Origin: Aulosira sp. ZfuVER01
Lineage (GTDB): Bacteria; Cyanobacteriota; Cyanobacteriia; Cyanobacteriales; Nostocaceae
NCBI GenBank assembly: GCA_034530615.2
Contig: JAVRCV020000032.1
Location: 1-64,000, forward strand
Direction of reading: 5' to 3'
DNA: 64,000 nucleotides
The translations under genes were made by a program, and so were the position numbers. Within the stretch, counting starts at the first letter, position 1. The number at the start of each line of letters is the position of its first letter. The notes under the pieces are model-generated. The model was given only the letters and a program-made list of their open reading frames with translations, did not search any database and had not been told where the DNA came from. This document shows, in pieces, positions 21,337 to 31,593 of this stretch.

Positions 21337-21841
21337 ATGGGAAGATATTGGCTGATTGTCTTATTCTTAGTTATAGCAAATTGTATAAATTCTGCATCAG
21401 TAACGCTGGCTATCTAAATTTGTATCCCACATTCCGCAGATATTAAAGCAAATTGAATAATTATTAATTTGGATAAAAAAAGCTTGAAATGATTGTCTAG
21501 AAATCATTTCAGGCTTTTTTCTGTAAAATAATCTAGTCAAGTAGAGAGAAGAAAAAACCATCAATGAGCCAAAAGAACCAATAAAAGTCTTAGATCGCAC
21601 ATTCCGCAGGTATCTTAGGTAATACCAAAAATACTGTATTTTGCGATCGCACCTGTGGAATGTTGGTTTGACAAGTATTCAAAGACAAAATTTCATCATC
21701 CACATCCAAATCTCAAATTGTATGAAGAATCAGCAATAGCGTCCCATGAAAACCAAATCTGTATAAATTGATTCTGAATTAGGCCCCTTTCAGAGTTAAG
21801 ATTGCAAAATTGCGTTAAATTGTGGTTAAAGCTACAAAAAA

Positions 21842-23110
21842 TTGTCAAAACAACAACTTATTAATTCCGTGTTTCCAGCCTCGGTTTTCTATCTAGACAA
21901 TGGTTTAACGTTGATTCATCAAGAGATTCCAACTACCCCTGTAGTTGTGGCGGATGTGTGGGTGCGTGCTGGAGCAACCCTAGAGCCAGAACCCTGGTTT
22001 GGGATGGCTCACTTTTTAGAACACATGATCTTTAAAGGTACAGCAACATTACCGCCTGGGGTCTTTGATTATAACATTGAAAATAATGGTGGAGTGAGTA
22101 ATGCGGCTACAAGTTATGATTATGCCCATTATTCCCTGACTACAGCGGCTCCTTACCTGGAAGAGACTTTACCTCATTTGGGCGAGATGTTGTTGAATGC
22201 TGCAATTCCAGAGGATGAATTTAGCCGCGAACGGGATGTGGTGCTAGAAGAAATTCGCTCTTATCATGACGATCCAGATTGGTTAGGATTTCAATCGCTA
22301 ATTCAGAGCGTCTATCAGAACCACCCTTATGGACGTTCTGTGCTGGGTACAGAGCAAGAACTGATGCAGCACTCACCAGAAGCGATGCGCTGTTTCCACC
22401 GCGCTCATTACCAACCGGAAAATATGACGGTGGTAATTGTCGGGGGAATTAATCAACATTCAGCCTTAGATTTGGTAAATTGCTCTTTTGGCAATTTTGC
22501 CGAACGTACTGAATGTCCCATATCACAAAAGATACAAAATCCAGTTATCAAAGGAATTCATCGCCAAGAACTGCATTTACCAAGACTAGAGCAAGGCCGG
22601 TTGCTGATGGCGTGGCTAGCACCAGGCGTAGAAGAACTCCGCACTGCTTATGGTTTAGATTTACTCTCAGTGTTACTAGCAGAAGGGAGAACCTCACGCT
22701 TAGTGCGCGATCTGCGGGAAGAACGGCAACTAGTACAAGGTATTTGTAGTAATTTTGCCTTACAGCGGGAATCGAGTTTATTTACAATTACTGCTTGGGT
22801 GGAACCAGAACACCTAGAGAAAGTTGAGTTCTTGATTCGCGCTCATTTGGAAGATTTGCAGAATACGACAATCACCCAGCATGAACTCGCCCGCACGCGC
22901 AGGCTGCTATGTAATGAGTATGCTTTTTCCACAGAAACGCCAAATCAACTCACTGGACTGTATGGCTACTACAACACGATCGCTCAAGCAGAATTAGCAG
23001 TTACATATCCTCAACAAGTTTTATCTTTTGATGCCCAAGAACTGCAACAATTAGCTAAACAGTATCTTTCACCCCAAAATTACGCTGTTACTATCCTTAA
23101 ACCCTGTTAG
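21842..23110 (+). CDS. M16 zinc peptidase, catalytic subunit
   Basis: HFLEH (HxxEH), NAATSYD, ERDVVLEE. Confidence 0.93.
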   Translation: MSKQQLINSVFPASVFYLDNGLTLIHQEIPTTPVVVADVWVRAGATLEPEPWFGMAHFLEHMIFKGTATLPPGVFDYNIENNGGVSNAATSYDYAHYSLTTAAPYLEETLPHLGEMLLNAAIPEDEFSRERDVVLEEIRSYHDDPDWLGFQSLIQSVYQNHPYGRSVLGTEQELMQHSPEAMRCFHRAHYQPENMTVVIVGGINQHSALDLVNCSFGNFAERTECPISQKIQNPVIKGIHRQELHLPRLEQGRLLMAWLAPGVEELRTAYGLDLLSVLLAEGRTSRLVRDLREERQLVQGICSNFALQRESSLFTITAWVEPEHLEKVEFLIRAHLEDLQNTTITQHELARTRRLLCNEYAFSTETPNQLTGLYGYYNTIAQAELAVTYPQQVLSFDAQELQQLAKQYLSPQNYAVTILKPC

Positions 23111-23164
23111 TCATTAGTCATTAGCTAAGGACTGTTGACTGTTGACTGCTTCATTTCTTGACTA

Positions 23165-24448
23165 ATGACTCAAACTGTGAACTCATCTCTATCTCATTCC
23201 CCTATCCACCGTACTGTATTAAGCAATGGCATTGTCGTATTGGTAGCAGAAAATCCGGCGGCAGATATCATTGCAGCGCGAATTTTTGTCCGAGCCGGAA
23301 GTTGTGCTGAAAGCCGGGAACAGGCCGGAGTCGCACATCTACTCTCAGCAGTGATGACAAAAGGATGCGATGGACTCTCCAGCTTGGAAATTGCCGAAAG
23401 AGTCGAATCAGTCGGGGCGAGTTTAAGTACAGATACTGGCAATGATTATTTTTTGCTGTCCCTGAAGACTGTGACATCAGATTTTCAGGAAATTTTAGCA
23501 TTGGCAGGGCTGATGTTGCGATCGCCTACATTTCCGGAAACCCAAGTCGAACTAGAACGGCGTTTAGCACTACAAGATATTCGCTCTCAAAAAGAGCAGC
23601 CGTTTACCATTGCCTTCGACCAACTGCGCCAAGCAATGTACCAAAATCATCCCTATGCGATGTCGGTACTGGGCGATGAAACAACTATGGGTCGCTTAAC
23701 TCGTGAGGATTTAGTTAATTATCACCAAACTCATTTTCGCCCAGATCGTGTAGTAATTAGTATTGCGGGACGAATTACACCAAGGGATGCTGTAAATCTG
23801 GTGGCAGAAGTATTTGGTGATTGGCAACAGCCAACCGAAAAGCCAGCAATATTGAATCTACCCGAAATTCAGGTGCAACCCCAGCAACAGCTTCAGCCTC
23901 TACAGACACAGCAATCTATTGTTATGCTCGGTTACTTGGGGCCTGCTGTCAGTTCTGCTGACTATGCTGCGTTGAAATTGCTGTCTACCTACTTAGGTAA
24001 TGGGCTTTCTAGCCGCTTGTTTGTGGAATTGCGAGAAAAGCAAGGTTTAGCTTACGAAGTATCTGCATTCTATCCCACCAGGTTGTATGCCGGGTCGTTT
24101 GTAGTTTACATGGGTACAGCACCAGAAAATACCAGCATTGCACTCCAAGGGCTGAGGAAAGAAGTAGATTTACTCTGTACTACTGAGATATCTGCCAACG
24201 CACTCCAGGCTGCTAAGAACAAGATATTGGGACAGTACGCCTTAGGTAAACAAACTAACGGGCAAATTGCTCAGATATATGGCTGGTATGAAACTTTGGG
24301 GTTAGGAATTGAATTTGACCGCAAATTTCAGGAGCTAATTGCCGCTGTGAATGTAGCAGATGCGATGGCAGCAGCTTGTCGATATTTACAGGAACCTTAC
24401 TTGTCTTTAGTAGGTCCAGAAGAAGCAATTAATAGTGCAATTGCTTAG
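23165..24448 (+). CDS. M16 peptidase, non-catalytic partner subunit
   Basis: M16 fold with HLLSA instead of HxxEH; SSRLFVELREKQGLAY. Confidence 0.92.
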   Translation: MTQTVNSSLSHSPIHRTVLSNGIVVLVAENPAADIIAARIFVRAGSCAESREQAGVAHLLSAVMTKGCDGLSSLEIAERVESVGASLSTDTGNDYFLLSLKTVTSDFQEILALAGLMLRSPTFPETQVELERRLALQDIRSQKEQPFTIAFDQLRQAMYQNHPYAMSVLGDETTMGRLTREDLVNYHQTHFRPDRVVISIAGRITPRDAVNLVAEVFGDWQQPTEKPAILNLPEIQVQPQQQLQPLQTQQSIVMLGYLGPAVSSADYAALKLLSTYLGNGLSSRLFVELREKQGLAYEVSAFYPTRLYAGSFVVYMGTAPENTSIALQGLRKEVDLLCTTEISANALQAAKNKILGQYALGKQTNGQIAQIYGWYETLGLGIEFDRKFQELIAAVNVADAMAAACRYLQEPYLSLVGPEEAINSAIA

Positions 24449-24522
24449 TTTGTTTGTAAAAAAAACTTACCAGCTTTTTTTCTAGGCTCAAGCGGCTGTA
24501 CTATTAGCATCAGAAGATTCCG

Positions 24523-25443
24523 GTGGCATATACCATGAAAGGCAGCCTATTAATAAGTATCTTGAGCTACTTAGACTCACGAAAATCCTTTAGCATCAAC
24601 AAGTTTAATTGGTTACTTCTGTCGTCTTCTGTGCCTGTGTTCATTGCTGCCTCTGCTCTGGTAACAATTGCAGCGCCACAGAAAATTTCCCAAGCAACTC
24701 CGGGAGTTAGCATCAACCGCCCTAACCTGGGTATTGGTAGCCAAGGAGAACGGGTATCTGAACTTCAGGCAGCTCTAAAACTGTTGGGCTTTTATACAGG
24801 TGCAGTGGATGGCAATTATAACAATACTACCGCTAGTGCCGTTTCCCAGTTTAAGCAAGCAGCAGGCTTAAAACCAGATGGTATTGTTGATGCCGCCACT
24901 TGGCAAAGATTGTTCCCCAGTCAGCCAATAGCGACATCGACAGTTCCTGCACCTAAGCCAACTCCTACCTCAAAACCGACAGTCATCGTTCCTGCTCAAG
25001 CGAATAACACCAGAAGGATTATTCCTCAACCTGAGCCAAAACCTGCACAACCCAGGCAAACTACAACCCCTGAGCCAAGACCTGCACAGCCCAGGCAAAC
25101 TACAATTCCTAAGCCACAAAGGACTACTACTGCTCGTCCGACAACAAGAACTACACCAACTCGTACTCCACAAATTCCTCGTTTTGAACGTACCCCTGGT
25201 ATTCAATACACAGCAGAAGGATTGCCGATTTTGCGTTTAGGGAACCGTGGGTCTGAAGTAGGTAAATTGCAAGAAGTTTTGAAAAAGCTGGGTTTCCTGA
25301 ACGGTGATATAGATGGAGACTTTGGCCCAACAACAGAAACAGCAGTCAAAGCTGCACAAAGCCGCTATGGTTTAGAGGCTGATGGCGTCGCTGGTGGCGG
25401 TACGTGGGAGGTGCTGTTAGGACGATTACAGCGACAGCGTTAA
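24523..25443 (+). CDS. Protein with two peptidoglycan-binding domains
   Basis: Two PG_binding_1-like repeats (LQAALKLLGF...DGIV; LQEVLKKLGF...DGVAG) around a Pro/Thr linker. Confidence 0.88.
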   Translation: MAYTMKGSLLISILSYLDSRKSFSINKFNWLLLSSSVPVFIAASALVTIAAPQKISQATPGVSINRPNLGIGSQGERVSELQAALKLLGFYTGAVDGNYNNTTASAVSQFKQAAGLKPDGIVDAATWQRLFPSQPIATSTVPAPKPTPTSKPTVIVPAQANNTRRIIPQPEPKPAQPRQTTTPEPRPAQPRQTTIPKPQRTTTARPTTRTTPTRTPQIPRFERTPGIQYTAEGLPILRLGNRGSEVGKLQEVLKKLGFLNGDIDGDFGPTTETAVKAAQSRYGLEADGVAGGGTWEVLLGRLQRQR

Positions 25444-25578
25444 CGGCAAAGAGGACAAGGGAGCAGGGGAGCAGGAGGAAGACAAAGAGACGCAAAGACG
25501 CGGGGACGCGGAGAAATGACTGTTGACTGTTGACTCTGGACTCTTAACAAAAGACAAATGACCAATGACAACTTGCTT

Positions 25579-25932
25579 ATGAAACACTTTTTTTTAACTT
25601 GGCTCGGTACTGCCGTGGCTTTATTAATCACCTCTAAAATCGTGTATGGATTCGAGATCAAGACATTTGTGGCTGCTCTGGTTGCCGCTGTTGTTATCGG
25701 GCTAGTTAATGCCTTTATTCGACCTATTTTGCGTGTTTTAGCATTTCCAATTACCTTACTCACGTTTGGTTTATTCACATTTGTGATCAATGCTTTGACT
25801 CTCTGGTTAGCTAGTGCGCTGACTCCTGGTTCAGGTTTTGAAATTAAGGGCTTCTTACCTGCTTTGTTGGGATCGATTGTGCTAGCGATTGTTTCTAGCG
25901 TGATTAACTATTTTCTGAGAGTGGTTGAATAA
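25579..25932 (+). CDS. YvlD/phage-holin-4-like membrane protein
   Basis: GLVNAFIRPIL...PITLLTFGLF...INA; start MKHFF. Confidence 0.85.
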   Translation: MKHFFLTWLGTAVALLITSKIVYGFEIKTFVAALVAAVVIGLVNAFIRPILRVLAFPITLLTFGLFTFVINALTLWLASALTPGSGFEIKGFLPALLGSIVLAIVSSVINYFLRVVE

Positions 25933-25945
25933 TACTCGCCATTGT

Positions 25946-26494
25946 TTAAACTTCTTGAGCAACGGCTATTGTAACTGCTCCTGGTTCCTCCTCTACCCGA
26001 AAAATTTGTTTAGGAACTAAGCACCTTACTCCTACAGCAGTCAAAGACGGAGTGAGGTTAAATGCATTTGTGTTCAGTTTGAGAAACTGATGAGTTGAAC
26101 ATATCTCATTTACTGTCTTAGTTTGCCACTCGATATTAGCAGCTGCCAAAATAGCAGCGGCTTCGGCTACGCTAGGAGTTCCCATTGCTTGCTCGGTGAT
26201 TTTAGCTGGGTTAGGGACACTGACGAGACGAAGAATTTCTGCTGGGAAGGTTTTTAAAGATAAATTGTGTAGCTGGCAAAATTCTATTAAACCGACTTCT
26301 GAGGCTTTATTGTCGATGGTAGCAATACCTGCGATCGCACTTTGCTCGAGTTGATTGTCTTTAAATACTTGCTGAATTGCCTTTTCAATCAACTGTGTTG
26401 ATGTCCCTCGCTGACAACCAATTCCCACCCACAAATCTTTTTTATTCACATCAGCTTTCTCCTGAGTTAAATTTAAAATTTTTATTGTCCTCAA
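25946..26494 (-). CDS. CbiG C-terminal-domain protein (cobalamin biosynthesis)
   Basis: VGIGCQRG, IATIDNKASE, GTPSVAEAAA, VTIAVA; start uncertain. Confidence 0.82.
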   Translation of the reverse strand: MRTIKILNLTQEKADVNKKDLWVGIGCQRGTSTQLIEKAIQQVFKDNQLEQSAIAGIATIDNKASEVGLIEFCQLHNLSLKTFPAEILRLVSVPNPAKITEQAMGTPSVAEAAAILAAANIEWQTKTVNEICSTHQFLKLNTNAFNLTPSLTAVGVRCLVPKQIFRVEEEPGAVTIAVAQEV

Positions 26495-26617
26495 ATTCCG
26501 GAAATTAGCGTGGATTAACCTTTTTGTATGAGTTGTATACTTTCAGGTTCAGTATTATACATAAAAAGTGATCGTTAGAATACTTTTACCCAAACTGAAA
26601 AACTATATATTGTGTAC

Positions 26618-26790
26618 ATCTAGCACAGTAGGAAACGCCGAGGGAGAGACAAGGTAAAAGGTAAATGTCCTAATTCATTTTTACTTTATTAATATGCTTG
26701 AGGCGCAAGCATTTTACCTTCTCTATCTTGGTGTTTCAATTTCTTCCTTCTTCGTTGCAGCATTGTTGTAAAAGTTGCGACGGAGTTTTG
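26618..26790 (+). ncRNA. Candidate small RNA
   Basis: TATATT -10 box at 26606; stem 26632-26659/26712-26737; CU-rich linker; hairpin 26750-26785 followed by TTTT; G-U wobbles work on the + strand. Confidence 0.6.
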
Positions 26791-27068
26791 CTCTCTCCAT
26801 TCTTGCTTAAAACTTTAAACTAAACTTGGTAATTTTATCTGTCTTTTAAACAAGGTTGAAAACTTCATTGATTAAAGACAATATAAAGTTTTTAATAATT
26901 GAGAATTAATTTTAAATAAAATCCCTTATTTATCTAATATTTATAAGTTTCGTATTAATTAATACCAATATAAATACAGAAATTTATCTCATGATTTAGA
27001 TACTCAAATAATAACTATTCAGTTATTAAGTAAATTTCCAGATGAGGAATATCTTTGCCAAAGCAAGT

Positions 27069-27731
27069 TCAGTTTTTCAACGCCAGCGTCAAACCATCAG
27101 CAATGGGTATTAGACTAAGAGTAATTCGCTGGTCTTGATGTAACTTCTGATTAAAGGCGCGAATTTTGCCAGTTCTGTTATCCTGCACTTGCGGATCGGC
27201 AACTCTTCCCGACCAGAGAACATTATCGATCGCAATCAGTCCACCTGGACGTACTAGTTGCAGCGATCGCTCATAATAAGCATCATAGTTGCTTTTGTCA
27301 GCATCAATAAACGCAAAATCAAAGGTTTCAGCTTCCCCTGCTGCTAACAAACTATCCAAAGTTTCTAACGCTGGTGCAATACACAGGTCAATTTTATCTG
27401 CCACCCCTGCTTGCTGCCAATAACGACGAGCGATCGCCGTAAACTCTTCGCTCACATCACAGGCTACTACCTTGCCATCAGCGGGTAAAGCTAAAGCTAC
27501 CACCAGCGTGCTGTATCCTGTAAATACTCCTAACTCTAAAGTCTTTTTAGCACCAATTAATTTCACCAACAACGCCATAAACTGCCCTTGTTCAGGAGAA
27601 ATCTGCATTCTAGCCATCGGATGCTGGGCTGTTTCTTGGCGCAATTGAGCCAGAATTTTTGGTTCTCGCAAAGATACAGAAAGTAAATAATTATAAAGAT
27701 GTGGGTCAAGTCCCTGTGTTTGATTTGTCAA
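27069..27731 (-). CDS. Caffeoyl-CoA/catechol O-methyltransferase family protein
   Basis: LELGVFTGYS, FDFAFIDADK, DNVLWSG. Confidence 0.93.
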   Translation of the reverse strand: MTNQTQGLDPHLYNYLLSVSLREPKILAQLRQETAQHPMARMQISPEQGQFMALLVKLIGAKKTLELGVFTGYSTLVVALALPADGKVVACDVSEEFTAIARRYWQQAGVADKIDLCIAPALETLDSLLAAGEAETFDFAFIDADKSNYDAYYERSLQLVRPGGLIAIDNVLWSGRVADPQVQDNRTGKIRAFNQKLHQDQRITLSLIPIADGLTLALKN

Positions 27732-27810
27732 TTACAGCAATTATCCTAGTTTGATTTCAAGTTGGCAGAGAGTATGGTTATTGCGGAAGTAAAAAGTTTT
27801 GAAGTGTCTA

Positions 27811-28215
27811 TTACTGCTTAGGCTTAACCTCAAATTCGAGCTTAGAACGATAGAAACAAACGTCAAATTCCAAGAAAAAGTTTGTTTGTCCGAGTATCAA
27901 CGGAGCATTACTGCTTCTTACCCAAGCAAATGCTAATCTTACTGGAGCAAACTCAGCTATCTCGGCAATAGCGAAGAATGGTATTGCTGGCTGGTTGCTA
28001 AGGTTTCCCGCTAATCGAAGAATAGCCCTGCGGTCATCCCAAACTCCACCAAGTTGGATACCACTTTCATAAGGCAATACGCTAATTGTCGCACCACTAT
28101 CTACCAAACCAACCACCTCAACTGATTGATTATTGCTGTGAAGAATCAACGGAATCCGTGGCAAACTGTCAAACTCGTTGTGAGATAGGTCGCTTGTTGA
28201 GTATCTAAATCACAT
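27811..28215 (-). pseudogene. Retropepsin-like aspartic protease; apparent start codon followed by an in-frame TGA
   Basis: GLVDSGA and ILGQTNFF motifs; ATG(28215)-TGA-TTT-AGA-TAC in frame with the TTG-start ORF at 28164. Confidence 0.55.
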
Positions 28216-28225
28216 CGTTCAATGC

Positions 28226-28438
28226 TTAATTGCCTTGCTCTGCTTGCGCCATCGCTTCCATCAGAACTTCTCCAACACCAAAATTATCATATGGGGTTGG
28301 CAAATCGTAAGTTTTATAGGGTTCTAGAGGAGAAATATCTTCATTGGTATCCAGTTCTTCTGCTAGGATACGGATTAACTTCAGCTTTTCTTTTGCAGAA
28401 AGTTGTTGAATTGCGGGAAGTAGTTCCGTTAAAGTCAT
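28226..28438 (-). CDS. Small antitoxin-like protein paired with the protease gene
   Basis: MTLTELLPAIQQLSAKEKLKLIRILAEEL helical motif; ends 10 bp before the protease ATG. Confidence 0.65.
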   Translation of the reverse strand: MTLTELLPAIQQLSAKEKLKLIRILAEELDTNEDISPLEPYKTYDLPTPYDNFGVGEVLMEAMAQAEQGN

Positions 28439-28599
28439 GTTTGGTTGACCTTTTTTGAGCGCAGGCTCGAATTTCTTCTACATCATATCCAATTTTCTAT
28501 TGTTCCTTAGTGTCGCATTTTCTAGAAATGTCGCTTTGTTGAGGATATGAGATGCGATCGCGTACCTTTCCTTCAAAAAGCAAAATCAAGGAATGGACT

Positions 28600-29034
28600 A
28601 TGCCAAACCTTAAAGATGATAACAAAGCCTTACGTGAAGTGTTAACTCATGCGAAAGCGATCGCTGTAGTTGGTCATTCGGATAGACCAAATCGTACCAG
28701 TTATCAAATTGCCCAATTCTTGAGACAAGTAGGTTACAACGTCTATCCCGTCAATCCAGTAGTTAAAGAAATTGATGGTCAACCTTGCTATCCTTCCCTG
28801 AGGGAGGTTCCAGGTAGTGTAGATATTGTGAATATTTTTCGTCGTTCTGAGTATCTACCAGAAATTATCGAAGCAGCAATTGCTATTAATGCCAAAACTG
28901 TGTGGGCACAATTAGGTATCTCGGATCAAGCATCAGCACAGAAAGCTTTAGATGCTGGGTTAAACGTCATCATGGATGCTTGTATCAAAATTGAGTATCT
29001 ACGGTTGGATGTGGGTACTACCAGAGGCGAGTAA
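28600..29034 (+). CDS. CoA-binding domain protein (YccU-like)
   Basis: IAVVGHSDRPNRTS, YPVNP, VDIVNIFR, WAQLG, MDAC. Confidence 0.9.
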   Translation: MPNLKDDNKALREVLTHAKAIAVVGHSDRPNRTSYQIAQFLRQVGYNVYPVNPVVKEIDGQPCYPSLREVPGSVDIVNIFRRSEYLPEIIEAAIAINAKTVWAQLGISDQASAQKALDAGLNVIMDACIKIEYLRLDVGTTRGE

Positions 29035-29457
29035 TAGTATTTAAATATGCAAATTAACCTCCGTATAACTTTGAGTTATAGATTGCTCTAAAGTCTTGTG
29101 AAATAACAATCTCTAGCTTGAAAATACTTTGTGTCTTTGTGGTAGTAAATCTGAAACCGCAGAGACACAGAGAGATTTTCATGCTTGGTTGTGTTTCAGT
29201 ATTTTTACTGCTACATTCTGTTATGAACTAGATTAAAAGCTAGCTCATATCAAGCAGAGTTAATAAAGCATCTCTGTAGATTATCCACAAAACACTTGTA
29301 GGAAAAATTTAACAGCCTATCTGGAATAGCACTTGACCGTGTTGTAAGAACTACATAACTGACCAAAAAAGATGGAAGGATGAATATTTTGCCACTTCTA
29401 AACTCATAGTTCACATTTCATCCTTGAGCTAACTTTTATCAATCAGAGGTTTCTGCA

Positions 29458-31458
29458 ATGGTTATTGATTTATTGAGCCGCAAAAAGACTCACTTTGTCT
29501 TGTGGCGTCCCAATTATTTAGCAACAGCTCCTACTCTCTACATTGGTAGCAGCAATCCCGAAGATTCTAGTCAAATCAATAAATTAGGAGAATTTCCGCT
29601 CCATCAATCTCCTGACTTTCCAGAACTGTGGGAAGTTTCACCGCAAGAGTGTGGACTCAAAGAAGGACAAGTCTACTTTTACTGGTTTAAAGTCCGTAAC
29701 ACAGACCCTTATGACCCCGCCAATGCTAACCAAATTCTTTACTGCACAGATCCTACAGCCACGACTATAGACCGACGGAAATCTGCGCCTACACCATCAG
29801 AACCAGGAGGAGTTGCTAGCTTCGATCCCGCAAGCGTAGTGCTATATCAAAATGGGACGCTGATTCCTTGCGATCCCGAAGGACAAACTGTGAATTGGGA
29901 AGGCGATACTTCTTTGGATAACCTCCCAACGAATAATCGCTTGGTGATCTATGAATTACCTACTCGGTGGACGAGGATTAATTCAAAAGGCTCGATTGAA
30001 GAAGGAAACGGTACATTTCGCGATATCCTGGCGTTGTTGATCCCAGAAGTAACTGCTCCCACATTTCGCACAGTCCGTACCTTAAATAACCGCGCGCATC
30101 TTGTGGAACTAGGAGTAAATGCTCTAGAACTCCTGCCGCCAGAAGATAGTGATGATAATCTAGAGTGGGGTTATGGTACAGCAAATTATTTTGCAGCAGA
30201 TTTTGACTTAGGACGCCCAGACAGTCAAATAGCACCGACGGCTTCCACGGATTTAGCTAACCTCATCAAAGTTTGCCATCAGCGTGGTTTGCGCTTTTTT
30301 GTTGACATTGTGATGGCATTTTCACGAAATAATCCTTACCATAACGTTAATTTTCTCGATTTTTACCTGAAATGGGGTAGCGGCGATCCTGAGCAAGGTA
30401 ATAGAGATGGCTTTGGCGGTGATTTATTTAAGTACAACTATTGGGTGGAGGGTTATCACCCGATTACTGGACAAAAATCATGGTTGGTTCCGGCTCGTGA
30501 ATACTTGAAAGCTCATATAGCTCACTGGTTAGAATACTATCGGGTTGATGGTTTGCGCTTGGATAGCGTGAACAATATTGCCAACTACGACTTTTTGCAA
30601 GAGTTTAAAGACTTCGCCCGCACTTTATGGGATAAAAGGGGAGGGACAGGCGATCGCTTTTTGGTAGTGGGAGAAGAGTTAAGTGTACCCTTATCTCTAG
30701 TGCATCAAAATCGTTTAGATGGACTTTGGAACGAAAAATTCAAACAAATCATTCGCCAGGTAATTTTAGGTAAGAATGCTTGGGATGAATCTAGTTTTGA
30801 ATGGAGTGTCCGCAAACTCATTGATTGTCGCAACTTAGGCTTTACAGATGGTTCTCAAGCGGTAAATTACCTGACTTCTCATGATGTTGGCGGTTATGGT
30901 AACGAACGTTTCTTCAACTACTTAGTTCATAACGGAATTAATCATACAGAACCACGCATTAAGCTGGCCTTTGTCTGCTTGCTCACTGCTGTAGGAATTC
31001 CGATGATTCTCGCTGGTGACGAATTTGCCGATCAACAGGATTTGGGGCTGACTGACGAACATGGCAATCATAAACAGATCGATCCAGTAAACTACAGCCG
31101 TGTAAAAGACGATTGGCGACAACGCATTTTCCAATATGTGGCTCGGTTGGTTCGCTTCCGCAAGTCTTCTGATGCTTTAGCTGTGAATGATACTCAGTTT
31201 ATTCATAGTGACTTCAATGATGGCAAACGAGTTCTAGTTTGGCAGCGTGGCAATCAAGCTGATAATTTAGTAGTTGTGGTAGCAAATTTCTCTGACTACG
31301 GCACTGCTGGGGGTTCTGAGTACAGAGTTCCCAATTGGCCTGCAACCCCAGCCGGCAAGCAATGGAAAGAAATTACTCAAGAGCGAATAGTCCCATCAGA
31401 ATGGGTAGGTAGAGAAGGTATCTTCCCTTGGGAAGCTAAAGTTTACACACTCGTTTAA
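29458..31458 (+). CDS. GH13 alpha-amylase-family enzyme
   Basis: WGY, catalytic motifs GLRLDSV, VGEE and SHD; GIPMILAGDE. Confidence 0.92.
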   Translation: MVIDLLSRKKTHFVLWRPNYLATAPTLYIGSSNPEDSSQINKLGEFPLHQSPDFPELWEVSPQECGLKEGQVYFYWFKVRNTDPYDPANANQILYCTDPTATTIDRRKSAPTPSEPGGVASFDPASVVLYQNGTLIPCDPEGQTVNWEGDTSLDNLPTNNRLVIYELPTRWTRINSKGSIEEGNGTFRDILALLIPEVTAPTFRTVRTLNNRAHLVELGVNALELLPPEDSDDNLEWGYGTANYFAADFDLGRPDSQIAPTASTDLANLIKVCHQRGLRFFVDIVMAFSRNNPYHNVNFLDFYLKWGSGDPEQGNRDGFGGDLFKYNYWVEGYHPITGQKSWLVPAREYLKAHIAHWLEYYRVDGLRLDSVNNIANYDFLQEFKDFARTLWDKRGGTGDRFLVVGEELSVPLSLVHQNRLDGLWNEKFKQIIRQVILGKNAWDESSFEWSVRKLIDCRNLGFTDGSQAVNYLTSHDVGGYGNERFFNYLVHNGINHTEPRIKLAFVCLLTAVGIPMILAGDEFADQQDLGLTDEHGNHKQIDPVNYSRVKDDWRQRIFQYVARLVRFRKSSDALAVNDTQFIHSDFNDGKRVLVWQRGNQADNLVVVVANFSDYGTAGGSEYRVPNWPATPAGKQWKEITQERIVPSEWVGREGIFPWEAKVYTLV

Positions 31459-31466
31459 TTTGAGTG

Positions 31467-31496
31467 GTGGAGGGTTTAGCATTGCTAAACCCCTAC
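31467..31496. repeat. REP-like palindrome (copy 1)
   Basis: GTGGAGGGTTTAGCA-T-TGCTAAACCCCTAC. Confidence 0.75.
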
Positions 31497-31593
31497 GAAA
31501 AATCTATCCGTATCAGGATTTTCGTGAATTGGTATAAGCTAAAACACATCAAAATGGCTTTGCTGATACTAACAATTAGCAAAGCTATTCTTT

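Noticed and set aside
21842..24448. M16 peptidases as dedicated maturation proteases for the carbamoyltransferase fusion
   Set aside because: This active/inactive pair is a widespread housekeeping arrangement and lies 500 bp away; a link cannot be supported from sequence alone
25579..25932. Prophage, suggested by the holin-like gene and PG-binding protein
   Set aside because: No phage structural, integrase or replication genes; YvlD-like proteins are ordinary chromosomal genes
26495..26800. Cobalamin riboswitch upstream of the cbiG-like gene
   Set aside because: No recognisable B12-box, and G-U pairing favours the + strand, opposite to the cbiG-like gene
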